In this document: positions 16,938-26,218 of the stretch, piece after piece
Numbering within the stretch: position 1 is the first letter of the stretch
Layout of the letters: every line of letters begins with the position of its first letter
NCBI GenBank assembly: GCA_050287845.1
Contig: JBNKCR010000050.1
Coordinates: 1 to 48,232 of the forward strand
Source of the DNA: Polyangia bacterium
GTDB taxonomy: Bacteria > Myxococcota_A > Polyangia > JAAYKL01
Length of the DNA stretch: 48,232 nt
Reading direction: 5' to 3'
Program-made: the position numbers and the translations under genes
The notes under the pieces: model-generated
What the model was told of the DNA's origin: nothing
The model's input: the letters and a program-made list of their open reading frames with translations, nothing else
Databases searched by the model: none

Positions 16938-17810
16938 TTATTTTATTTTTTGAAGTACGACGTCGCGCATCGCCTCCCTGGGGGCCGTGTGGCCGGTCCA
17001 CGCTTCGAATTGAATGACTGCCTGATTCACAAACATCTCCAGACCGCTCACCGTCTTTACGCCAAGGGCCGCTCCTTCCCGGAGAAGTCGCGTCTGCAGA
17101 GGATTGTATACTATATCCATTATTCCCAGATCTTTATGCAGGAAGGATTCGGGGACCGGAGTCGCATCAGTCTGCGGGTGCATACCAACGGGCGTGGCAT
17201 TTATCAGCAGTTCACTTTTTGACACGGCAGCTCTGAGGGCTGCATCTTCAAGGAGAATACTTTCCACGGGCACCGTGGTTGTATCCGCCACATTCTGAGC
17301 CAGCGTTTCCAGCTCCTCTTTAACAATACCACACAGGATGAGTCGCTCCGGTGGCGTGTGGTGCACCAAATCAAATGCGATGGCTCGCGATGCGCCACCG
17401 GTGCCAAGAATGGTCACCGTTCGCCCCGTTGGTTTCAGGTCGCAGTCCAGAAGGGCCTTTCTCGCCCCCGGTCCATCGCTGCCCAGTCCTCGTAATCTTC
17501 CGTTTTCATTGATAACTGTGTTGATGGATCCGATTGCGGCATCCACCTGCGAAATGTCATCCACACACTCGACCGCAGCGGTCTTGTGGGGAATCGTAAC
17601 ACTCAACCCCCGAAAATTTTCCAGCGCGCGCATCCCTTCCAGGGCAGATCGCACATTTCCGGCTTCAACGCGAAAAGCCACATAAACGAAATCCAGGTCA
17701 CACACATCGAACCCTCTGTTATGCAGGGCGGGGGACATGGAGTGGCCTACAGGGTTTCCGATAATTCCACAGAGTTGGGTTTTGGGGCTAATGGAATCAA
17801 TTGTTCTCAC
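16938..17810 (-). CDS. aroE: Shikimate dehydrogenase
   Basis: GNPVGHSMSPALHN, SVTIPHK, GSINT, LGTGGASRA, INATPVGM, DIVYNP. Confidence 0.96.
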   Translation of the reverse strand: MRTIDSISPKTQLCGIIGNPVGHSMSPALHNRGFDVCDLDFVYVAFRVEAGNVRSALEGMRALENFRGLSVTIPHKTAAVECVDDISQVDAAIGSINTVINENGRLRGLGSDGPGARKALLDCDLKPTGRTVTILGTGGASRAIAFDLVHHTPPERLILCGIVKEELETLAQNVADTTTVPVESILLEDAALRAAVSKSELLINATPVGMHPQTDATPVPESFLHKDLGIMDIVYNPLQTRLLREGAALGVKTVSGLEMFVNQAVIQFEAWTGHTAPREAMRDVVLQKIK

Positions 17811-17860
17811 GGATCATTTCCTTTCTGCACATCAGTAAAAGGGGGGGGAACAGATGCGGC

Positions 17861-19456
17861 TCACCGGTCGTGAACGGCAGAAACCAGGTTATCCTTGAAA
17901 ATCTTATAGTTCATGGAATCATACAGAGCATCAAGACTGGCTTCGATAATATCCTGTGACACGCCCACCGTGGACCAGGTGTTCTGTTTATCGCCGGACT
18001 CAATGTGGACCCGAACCTTTGCCTGGGTACCGTCATGGCCATCCAGAACACGCACCTTGTAGTCCACGAGATGCACCTCTGACAGTTCGGGGTAGAACCG
18101 AATCAATGCCTTTCGCATCGCCTTGTCCAATGCATTCACGGGCCCGTTACCGTCGGCTGCGGTATGCTCGGTCACACCGTCCACCTGAATCTTCATCACG
18201 GACTCAGAGTACTTCACTCCGTTTTCGTCAAACATATCGTTGATTTTGGCGTAAGTGATCTTGAAGAATGGCTCGTACTGGTGCAGTTCGCGAAGCAGCA
18301 TCAGCTTGAGGGACGCATCCGCGCCGTCAAACTGGAATCCCTCGTGCTCGAGCTCTTTAATCCGTTGCACAAAATTTCGGCTGAACTGGACATCATCACC
18401 CAAATCAATGCCGTTTTCCCTGGCGATGTAGTGGATGTTGCTTTTTCCGGAAAGCTCTGAAATCACCACATCTCGTTTGTTTCCCACCAGCTCCGGTGCG
18501 ATATGTTCATACATCCGGGCATCTTTCAGAACGGAGCTCACATGAATGCCGCCCTTGTGAGTGAATGCGGATTTTCCCACAAATGCATGTCTGTGATTGG
18601 GAATCTGATTGGTCACTTCATCAAAAAAATGACTCAGACCTGTCAAATGCTTCAGGTTATTCGACAAGGTACCGAGATCCAACTTCTTTTTCAATAACAG
18701 ATTTGGAATGAGGCTGCAGAGGTTGCAGTTGCCGCAGCGTTCGCCAATGCCGTTGATGGTCCCCTGAACGTGGGTGGCGCCGGCGTCAATGGCTGCGATG
18801 GCATTGGCCACCGCCACTTCTCCATCGTTGTGACTGTGAATTCCGATGGGCACAGACATTTTGCTTCGCACCTGCGACACAATTTCTGAAATCTCGGTGG
18901 GCAGGCATCCGCCATTGGTGTCGCAGAGTACCAGTCGCGCTGCACCGGCCTCCCGTGCAGCGGTGAGCATTTGAATGGCAAAGTCGGGGTCGTCTTTATA
19001 CCCATCGAAAAAATGTTCGGCATCGAAAAACACCTCGCGACCCGCTGTGTTCAGATAACTGACTGAATTATATATCAAATCCGCATTTTCGTTATCCGAC
19101 AGGCCAAGACTTTCCCTGGAGTGAAAACGCCAGGTTTTGCCAAAAAGGGTGATAATTGGCGCTTCGGATTTGAGCAGTTTGTGGATATTGTCATCGAGCT
19201 GAACTTTTTCGGCTTTTCGAGCCGTGGCGCCAAACGCCACAATCTTTGCATTCTTCAGATTCAACCCGGCAACCCGTTCAAAATACTGTTCGTCCTTGGG
19301 GTTACTGCCGGGCATTCCGCCCTCAATGAAATCCACGCCAAATTCATCCAGCCGTCCTGTGAGGACCAGTTTATCTTCAACGGAAACATTGATATTTTTT
19401 CCCTGTGTTCCATCGCGAAGTGAAGTATCGTATGTTTCAATGCGAATGCCGGTCAT
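17861..19456 (-). CDS. cimA: Citramalate synthase
   Basis: YDTSLRDGTQG, PGSNPKD, FDAEHFFDGY, HSHND, GIGERCGN, AFTHKGGIHVS, GNGPVNALD. Confidence 0.93.
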   Translation of the reverse strand: MTGIRIETYDTSLRDGTQGKNINVSVEDKLVLTGRLDEFGVDFIEGGMPGSNPKDEQYFERVAGLNLKNAKIVAFGATARKAEKVQLDDNIHKLLKSEAPIITLFGKTWRFHSRESLGLSDNENADLIYNSVSYLNTAGREVFFDAEHFFDGYKDDPDFAIQMLTAAREAGAARLVLCDTNGGCLPTEISEIVSQVRSKMSVPIGIHSHNDGEVAVANAIAAIDAGATHVQGTINGIGERCGNCNLCSLIPNLLLKKKLDLGTLSNNLKHLTGLSHFFDEVTNQIPNHRHAFVGKSAFTHKGGIHVSSVLKDARMYEHIAPELVGNKRDVVISELSGKSNIHYIARENGIDLGDDVQFSRNFVQRIKELEHEGFQFDGADASLKLMLLRELHQYEPFFKITYAKINDMFDENGVKYSESVMKIQVDGVTEHTAADGNGPVNALDKAMRKALIRFYPELSEVHLVDYKVRVLDGHDGTQAKVRVHIESGDKQNTWSTVGVSQDIIEASLDALYDSMNYKIFKDNLVSAVHDR

Positions 19457-19704
19457 TGCTTCTTTCCGTTCTGCTCCGTCTGTGTGAGTGATGAAATCCG
19501 CGCTTTCACTTTGTGGGATTGAATTGTCATATACACCCAGTAACAGACGAGCATGCCAAGAACGGTGGCATAGGACACAATCAACAGCGTTTTGCCGCTG
19601 ACTGATTCCAGTTGAGTCGGATCCACGGCAACGTACTCATCCCCTCCAAAAGCAAGCAGGGGATACAAAACGAATGTCAGTATAAAAAAGACTATTTTTT
19701 TCAT
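19453..19704 (-). CDS. Small membrane protein, CcmD-like
   Basis: 83 aa directly after ccmC; signal/TM segment, then LIVSYATVLGMLVCYWVYM TM followed by a charged tail. Confidence 0.6.
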   Translation of the reverse strand: MKKIVFFILTFVLYPLLAFGGDEYVAVDPTQLESVSGKTLLIVSYATVLGMLVCYWVYMTIQSHKVKARISSLTQTEQNGKKQ

Positions 19705-19715
19705 GGTGTTAAATG

Positions 19716-20396
19716 CTAGTTGTTAAATTGATTCATCTGGTGCAGGCGAACCAGTTCCTTTTCGCGACGTCGCAACTTTTCCAGTTGATATCGCCTGCGA
19801 AGGGTAACGATAAACACGATTGTGAATGCTGTCATGCAAACCATCAGTGTGACCATCATTTCTGTCGCCAGTCCACCGCCCCGAAGCACGGTGGGATGCT
19901 GCCCACGCCATTTATAGACCGATATGTGAACCAGCGGGATCAGCGCGGCCCCGACGACGGACAGTGCGGCTGAAAATCTTTTTGTGACCTCACTGCTGCT
20001 CATGACCCGGAGGATCACATAGGAGAGAATAATCAGGGTCAGCACCAGGGCCGAGGTGAGTCTGGGGTCCCATACCCAGTATGCCCCCCACGCCGCCTTG
20101 CCCCACAATGGTCCGGTAATCATGACCACCACCCCGAACATCAGCGCAATCTCTGCGCTACTCCGGGCCAGCATGTCGTATCTATCGCTGCCCCGTACGA
20201 TATACATTACCGAGCCCACGGTACAGGCAATCCATGCCAGGTACATCACATAGGCACTGGGAACATGGAAATAGAAGATTTTCTGAACAATCCCCATTTC
20301 GCTTTCAATGGGCGTATTGAGAAATACCATCCACAGGGACACCAGGACCGCCGCAAGAGGTATCAGAGACTCCAATATGGAAAGTTTTCGTTGCAT
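19716..20396 (-). CDS. ccmC: Heme exporter/cytochrome c maturation protein CcmC
   Basis: QKIFYFHVPSA, TGPLWGKAAWGAYWVWDPRLT (WWD domain), SVYKWRGQHP. Start set at ATG 20396. Confidence 0.9.
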   Translation of the reverse strand: MQRKLSILESLIPLAAVLVSLWMVFLNTPIESEMGIVQKIFYFHVPSAYVMYLAWIACTVGSVMYIVRGSDRYDMLARSSAEIALMFGVVVMITGPLWGKAAWGAYWVWDPRLTSALVLTLIILSYVILRVMSSSEVTKRFSAALSVVGAALIPLVHISVYKWRGQHPTVLRGGGLATEMMVTLMVCMTAFTIVFIVTLRRRYQLEKLRRREKELVRLHQMNQFNN

Positions 20397-20659
20397 GAAC
20401 CTATAAATAACACAATCGTAAAAAAAAACATGTGTTTTTATCAATGACCTGACCTTGGGGGAGATGATTGGACTGCCTCGGACGGAAAACAGGGATGCAG
20501 ATGGCACAGGCCACGATGACTGGATACCATGAATAAAAGTGATTAATGCGTTCGTAGAAAATCATTGGACAATTTTGTACCGTTCTGGATAACATCACGA
20601 TTTCACTACAGGAATCGCACGGAATCCGTGGTGATACAGTTTTAATGGGAGTTGAATAA

Positions 20660-21943
20660 ATGAACACACGCGAGAAAGCAGAAGCCGCAAAACGGGCGTC
20701 ATTCAAACTGGCGTCGTTGGACGATAATATTAAAACCAGGGTGATTCAACGCACAGCGGAACTGATGGCCGAAAGGCAGGACGCGATACTGGCGGAAAAT
20801 AAGAAAGATTTGGAAAAGGCAAAGGCTGAAAATATCAGCGATGTTCTTTACAAACGACTGGTGCTGACCCCTGAAAAAATCGACGGAATGATTGCCAGCC
20901 TCAGGGAAGTGGCTCAATTGCCGGATCCCGTTGGCCACGTCAGCGTGCGGCGGGAATTGGACAACGATCTGGTGCTGGAAAAAGTATCGGTCCCCATCGG
21001 AGTCATTGGTATTATTTTTGAGTCCAGACCGGATGCGTTGGTGCAGATTTCGAGTTTGTGTATCAAATCCGGCAACGCTGCCATCCTGAAAGGCGGCAAG
21101 GAAGCACAGTTCAGCAACCGGGCCCTGTATGGTATCTTTATTGATGCCATGTCCGAGGTGGACCCCCGCTTCGATAATTGTCTGCAGCTGGTGGAAAGCC
21201 GCGAAGACATCAGCGAATTGCTTTCAATGGATGAATATGTGGATTTGATGATTCCCCGAGGGTCCAATGACCTGGTGAAATTCATTCAATCCAATACGCG
21301 AATCCCGGTTCTGGGACACGCGGACGGAATCTGTCATGTGTACATAGATAAGAATGCGGATTTGGACATGGCAGTGAATGTGAGTGTGGATTCCAAGTGT
21401 CAATACCCGGCGGTATGCAACGCCATGGAGACGCTGCTGGTGCATCAGGATGTCGCGGCATCGGTGCTTCCTGTATTGGCAACCCGATTTACCGAACGTC
21501 AGGTGGAACTGCGAGGCGACGAAGCCACCCGCGCCATCATTGACGCTGTGCCCGCCACCGAGGAAGACTGGAAAACGGAATACAACGATTTAATACTGTC
21601 CATTCGTGTGGTTGGTTCCATGGAGGAGGCCATTGACCACATTAACATGTATGGCAGCCATCACACGGATGCCATTGTCAGCACCAATGAAGGGGCCTGT
21701 GCGACCTTTCTGTCCACCGTGGATTCCAGTTCGGCGCTGGTGAATTGTTCCACCCGCTTTGCCGATGGTTTCCGATATGGACTGGGGGCGGAGGTGGGAA
21801 TTTCCACCAACAAGATTCACGCCCGTGGCCCGGTGGGGCTGGAGGGGCTGCTGATTTACAAATATCGACTGATTGGAAACGGAAATATCGTGGCAGACTA
21901 TGCCTCCGGTAAAAAAAAGTTTACCCATAAAGATGTGCTGTGA
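20660..21943 (+). CDS. proA: Gamma-glutamyl phosphate reductase
   Basis: PIGVIGIIFESRP, KSGNAAILKGGKEA, GICHVY, CNAMETLLVH, STRFADGFRYGLGAEVGIST..HARGPVGL. Confidence 0.97.
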   Translation: MNTREKAEAAKRASFKLASLDDNIKTRVIQRTAELMAERQDAILAENKKDLEKAKAENISDVLYKRLVLTPEKIDGMIASLREVAQLPDPVGHVSVRRELDNDLVLEKVSVPIGVIGIIFESRPDALVQISSLCIKSGNAAILKGGKEAQFSNRALYGIFIDAMSEVDPRFDNCLQLVESREDISELLSMDEYVDLMIPRGSNDLVKFIQSNTRIPVLGHADGICHVYIDKNADLDMAVNVSVDSKCQYPAVCNAMETLLVHQDVAASVLPVLATRFTERQVELRGDEATRAIIDAVPATEEDWKTEYNDLILSIRVVGSMEEAIDHINMYGSHHTDAIVSTNEGACATFLSTVDSSSALVNCSTRFADGFRYGLGAEVGISTNKIHARGPVGLEGLLIYKYRLIGNGNIVADYASGKKKFTHKDVL

Positions 21944-21994
21944 AAAATTTCACTAACCATTGTAATTAATGAAACGAATCTGCAGAACAACACC

Positions 21995-23116
21995 ATGAGA
22001 GATTTTTCGAAAGCCAAAAAGATTGTCATCAAGATTGGCACAAATACCCTGACAATCAACAATCGTCTGAATATTGAGTACATTGCGAATATTGCCGCTC
22101 AGATTGCCGAAGTGAAAAACCGTGGATATCAGCCCCTGCTGGTATCTTCCGGCGCCATCGGTTTTGGCGCACGGGAAATGGGCATCGACAAGAAGGTGAA
22201 AAAAACGCGCCTCAAACAGGCGTGCGCCGCCATTGGCCAACCCATTCTGATTCATTCCTATCGTACAGAGTTTCAGAAGTACGGCATTCACATCGCCCAG
22301 GTGCTGCTCACCCGGGAAGCGCTCGATAATCGGGATACATACGTCAACCTGAAGACTGCAGTGGAAACATTGCTCGAACTGGGGGTTGTGCCCATTTTCA
22401 ATGAGAACGACAGTGTTTCCACATCAGAAATTGAACCGTACATCGGGGACAACGATCAGCTGAGCGCCCATATTGCCAGTAAGCTTGATGCGGATTTGCT
22501 GATCATTCTCACTGATGTCGACGCGTTGTACGACAAAAATCCCCACGATTTTCCCGATGCCAAACCCATCCGGGTCGTTGAAGAACTCACGGACGAAATT
22601 GTCGCCAATGCGGGAGGCGCCGGATCTTCATTTGCCACAGGTGGCATGAAGACCAAAATCATGGCGGTGCGAATCGCCCGCCAGGCTGGATGTCGCACGA
22701 TTCTGGCCCACGGTCTGGAACCGGATGTGGTGCCTCGCGTCCTGTCGGGGGAAGTGCTGGGAACGCTTTTCCTTGCGGACAAAGAAAAAATGCCCAATAA
22801 GGCGAGATGGATTCTGAACGCCACCCCCAAAGGCAAACTCACCATTGATGAGGGCGCTGAAGCGGCCATCGGTCTGAAAAAGAGCTTGTTGCCATCCGGT
22901 CTGGTCTCGGTGGAAGGGGAGTTTTCCAAAGGCGATGTGATCCTCATCAACGGCAAGTTCAAAGCCATCGCCGGGTCCGACTCCAGCAGTATGCGCCGTA
23001 TTATCGGCGTACATTCCAGTGAGATCAAAAATATTCTGGGCGAAGTCAAACGGGATGTGATTTCCCGGTCCCAGGAAATTGTCCCCATTCCCCAGGATAC
23101 TCACCCCAAAAACTGA
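21995..23116 (+). CDS. proB: Glutamate 5-kinase with PUA domain
   Basis: VIKIGT, VSSGAI, KQACAAIGQ, PIFNEND, GDNDQLSA, TGGMKTK, KSLLPSG. Confidence 0.96.
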   Translation: MRDFSKAKKIVIKIGTNTLTINNRLNIEYIANIAAQIAEVKNRGYQPLLVSSGAIGFGAREMGIDKKVKKTRLKQACAAIGQPILIHSYRTEFQKYGIHIAQVLLTREALDNRDTYVNLKTAVETLLELGVVPIFNENDSVSTSEIEPYIGDNDQLSAHIASKLDADLLIILTDVDALYDKNPHDFPDAKPIRVVEELTDEIVANAGGAGSSFATGGMKTKIMAVRIARQAGCRTILAHGLEPDVVPRVLSGEVLGTLFLADKEKMPNKARWILNATPKGKLTIDEGAEAAIGLKKSLLPSGLVSVEGEFSKGDVILINGKFKAIAGSDSSSMRRIIGVHSSEIKNILGEVKRDVISRSQEIVPIPQDTHPKN

Positions 23117-23127
23117 GTATTTCTTCC

Positions 23128-23249
23128 CTGCACATGCAAATCCTCGCGAGGCCTCGCGTTCACTTCACGGATACGTGACTCGGGACAGCACAGTGGAATG
23201 GTTCGCGGCTGCCGCTTCCCACTTTTACCTTTGCGGATATGGGCAGTTG
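23128..23249. repeat. Palindrome-rich ~120-bp intergenic element (MITE/REP-like)
   Basis: CGCGAGGCCTCGCG (23145-23158), TCACG-GATA-CGTGA (23165-23178), GCGGC-T-GCCGC, and imperfect terminal IR CTGCACATGCAAA / TTTGCGGATATGGGCAG. Confidence 0.4.
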
Positions 23250-23290
23250 CGTTACAACATTTTTAAAATTTGGAAGTCGGAGACGTTTTA

Positions 23291-24262
23291 ATGAAATTCA
23301 GAGCAGTTATCATCGCATGCATATTTGGATGGGCCATGTTCCTGTGCAATCCCGGTTTCGCACAGGAGCTCAAGGACGGGACCGGTCTGAACAGCCAGAT
23401 TTTATGGTCCACTCCCGGACCGGGCGATTCTCCGTTCATTCAATCGGCCCAGATTCTGGCGCACCGGAATGTATCATTTTCAATCATTGCAGATCACTAT
23501 CGAAAGCCACTCGGGATTGAAATTGGAGATTCGGTATACTGGAGCGTGAAACGGGTAACCGTTCTGGATTTTTCGTGGGCGATTGGCCTGATGGACAGAT
23601 TTCAGTTGGGTATGGTGCTCCCCATACACGTGGAACAGGCGGGAATGGGCGCTGCGCCGCTTGAATCCGGAAACGCTGCAAGTGACGATGCTGAGATTGG
23701 GGTGACCGCCGTGAATGATTTGCGTTTTCACGCGAAAACAATATTGTTTCAGCAGCATCCACACGTTGAGTTGCGCGGTGCCGGCATTGCTCTCGACATG
23801 GGACTCAGCATTCCGATAGGCGACGAGGACAACTTTGCCGGAGAAAAGGGTATCGTCTGGGCGCCCACCCTGGTGATGGATTTCAGACGGGAATGGCTAT
23901 CTGCCGGCGCGGTGGTTGGCGTGCGGATGCGATCGGGAGAAAAAGCAGGTCTTGCCGACTCCGAAGTGGGCAATCAACTCAGTTATGGTTTGGGAATTAC
24001 CTTTCATCTGTTTGATGAAAAACTGCTGCTCGGCGGGGAAACCACAGTGCTCGCGGAAATGGACAACTTTGACCGTGTCGGGATGGAGCTGCGCGGGGTG
24101 ATTGGGTCCAAACCGGCACACAGTAAAGCCATGACCATCTGGCTGACTGCATCCAGCGGCCTCGCCAATCAACAGGAACCATTGCTGTGCGTTCCACAGT
24201 TGCGATTTACACTTGGTGTAACGTATACACCGGTCAGGGATGATATGGACGATGAGGAATGA
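23291..24262 (+). CDS. Exported protein, probable outer-membrane beta-barrel (resembles the N-terminal barrel of myxobacterial OmpA-family proteins)
   Basis: Signal peptide (..GFAQE); FQLGMVLP, NDLRFHAK, LSIPIGDEDNFAGE; terminal LRFTLGVTYTP strand. Confidence 0.65.
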   Translation: MKFRAVIIACIFGWAMFLCNPGFAQELKDGTGLNSQILWSTPGPGDSPFIQSAQILAHRNVSFSIIADHYRKPLGIEIGDSVYWSVKRVTVLDFSWAIGLMDRFQLGMVLPIHVEQAGMGAAPLESGNAASDDAEIGVTAVNDLRFHAKTILFQQHPHVELRGAGIALDMGLSIPIGDEDNFAGEKGIVWAPTLVMDFRREWLSAGAVVGVRMRSGEKAGLADSEVGNQLSYGLGITFHLFDEKLLLGGETTVLAEMDNFDRVGMELRGVIGSKPAHSKAMTIWLTASSGLANQQEPLLCVPQLRFTLGVTYTPVRDDMDDEE

Positions 24263-24276
24263 GATGACTGCGTGAA

Positions 24277-24513
24277 TTACGACAGTATGATGCCAGCCAT
24301 GAGCGGTTGCGGTTCGCCGGTCGTGCTGAAGACAACGTTGGCGGCATCTTCGATGGTTTCCACCGGTTTCAGGGTGAATTTGGGAATAGTCAACTGATCG
24401 GAGCTCTCGAGTTTTTTGAAAAGACACACAGTGCACAGATGCCGGCCATCGATTTGTGCCAGAGCAAGTGCACCGCAGTCATCGCAAAAAACGGGACATA
24501 TCTTTTTTATCAT
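24277..24513 (-). CDS. Small hypothetical zinc-finger protein
   Basis: CDDC...LCTVC pair; GGAGA RBS before ATG 24513. Confidence 0.6.
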   Translation of the reverse strand: MIKKICPVFCDDCGALALAQIDGRHLCTVCLFKKLESSDQLTIPKFTLKPVETIEDAANVVFSTTGEPQPLMAGIILS

Positions 24514-24748
24514 ATTTGTTTCTCCAATCCGATAGTTGGTCACGATTCATTGGGCACACTATATGCAGTAAATGGACCATCGGGTATTGTATTAAGCGAT
24601 CCCTAAAACTCGTGTGATTCCGTTGGGGGTGTTTCCGGGGATTCATCAGAGGTGGGTCAGAAAAAGACAAATATGGGCGACCCATGGTGTCATTTATTAC
24701 CCCGGCAATCTGTAATTTATTAAAAATACTGAAAAAGAAGACTGGCGA

Positions 24749-26002
24749 TCAAACCTGACCGGAACCCTGAAGTGCTGCGATTTCTCTGGGTGTGTCTTTG
24801 CGGTCAGCGGCAGCGTCAACCGATTCTGAAGCAACTTCGTCATCTCTGGCCGCACTGTTCGCATCGTTCGTTGCTTCATCTTCTGAATGGTTCCGGTTGA
24901 TTTCTGTAACCTCGGGTTCGTTGCCCGACCTGTGTTTTTTCCAGAATCTGGCTTTCACACCACGACTCTTCCCGGCGATTTTCCGGGTCTGACGGGTCGT
25001 CCGAATTCTCTCAATATCTTCCCTGGACATCCCGGCGCGGGCATAAATCGCCCGTTCCCCGGGACGGGAATAATCAATCCAGAATGCATTCCGTTTGCGG
25101 GTGTCCAGATGAATAAATACAGAATTGGGGTAAAAGCCGACACCGGTATCTTCGAATGCCCGCACAAAGTTGACCAGGGTTCTATTGGGAATTCCCGCAA
25201 CTCTGAAATCGATTGCTTGTCCCTTATTGTGGAATGATTCGTGATTTTTTCTTTTCTGCAATCGTTGCCCGGAAACCACTTCCAACCGTCTTCCCGGGAA
25301 GTGGTCGGCCACTTTCTGCAGTAAGATGGCCAGACGGGGATGCAGCGGAAATGGCATTTTTTTCAAATTCACCGGAGATGTGAAGTGGGACAATTTGTCT
25401 ACGCCGTCGGGATTCGGTTTACCGTTGCAGAATGTGAGATGTATCTTTTCTGTGTCATCTGTTTTAATCCGATAGAATTCGACGGCCGGGTTGTAACACG
25501 GTGGCGGGGGAACCAATTCGATTTCTTCAGTTGCGCCGGGAATCAGAATTCTGGCGCCCGCCTGCAGATTGTCCGGATTGTCGAGGCTACTGTTGGCTTT
25601 TACAATCGCGGACACACTTACCCCATACACCTTTGCAATCCGTGTGAGAGTGAATCCCTTTGGCACCTCGACATATATTTTCCGTGCCGGCGCCTTCTCC
25701 GCTTTCGGGGATTCCTTTTCGCCGGTGTGCATCGGAGCGCCAGGAATCATCAGCTCCATGCCACTGTAAATTTTGTCCGGATTGTCGAGACCGTTTGCCT
25801 CAATCAGATCAGCAATACTCACCCCGTTGGCCATGGCAATGCCCCCCAGATAATCTCCGTCTTTCACGATATAGACCGAAGCTTCCCTGAGTTTTTCGGA
25901 ATCCTTCCGGGCAGCACCAGCGTCCAGAGAAACGACCGTGATGCATGTCAATATGGCGGTGAGCATGAGCACTTTAATGTAATGGTTGTTGTTTCTGAAC
26001 AT
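24749..26002 (-). CDS. 2x LysM + DUF882/YcbK-like peptidase M15 (peptidoglycan endopeptidase)
   Basis: Signal peptide; YIVKDGDYLGGIA..N.L.NPDKI and a second LysM; LHPRL, VVSG.R, SFHNKGQAIDF, GVGFYPNSVFIHLDTR. Confidence 0.9.
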   Translation of the reverse strand: MFRNNNHYIKVLMLTAILTCITVVSLDAGAARKDSEKLREASVYIVKDGDYLGGIAMANGVSIADLIEANGLDNPDKIYSGMELMIPGAPMHTGEKESPKAEKAPARKIYVEVPKGFTLTRIAKVYGVSVSAIVKANSSLDNPDNLQAGARILIPGATEEIELVPPPPCYNPAVEFYRIKTDDTEKIHLTFCNGKPNPDGVDKLSHFTSPVNLKKMPFPLHPRLAILLQKVADHFPGRRLEVVSGQRLQKRKNHESFHNKGQAIDFRVAGIPNRTLVNFVRAFEDTGVGFYPNSVFIHLDTRKRNAFWIDYSRPGERAIYARAGMSREDIERIRTTRQTRKIAGKSRGVKARFWKKHRSGNEPEVTEINRNHSEDEATNDANSAARDDEVASESVDAAADRKDTPREIAALQGSGQV

Positions 26003-26218
26003 TATAATCTCCTTACATGTATAGAGTAAGCATACATAGTGGTTTTATGTCAAGAAATGTACTACATGTGTTTACATTGTTTGAATATGGAAATAGTTAT
26101 GTAAATACAGGCGGTTAATTCACTCGGTGCATCGCGACACTTCATTTTTTATTTTTTTTTATTTGATGGACATGTTGGCACTCCCTATATATCTCCCATG
26201 AGATTGAACTGAAAGGAC

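Noticed and set aside
26028..26107. dif-like TTATGTCAAG / TTATGTAAAT motifs
   Set aside because: No properly spaced XerC arm; they lie in a divergent AT-rich promoter region.
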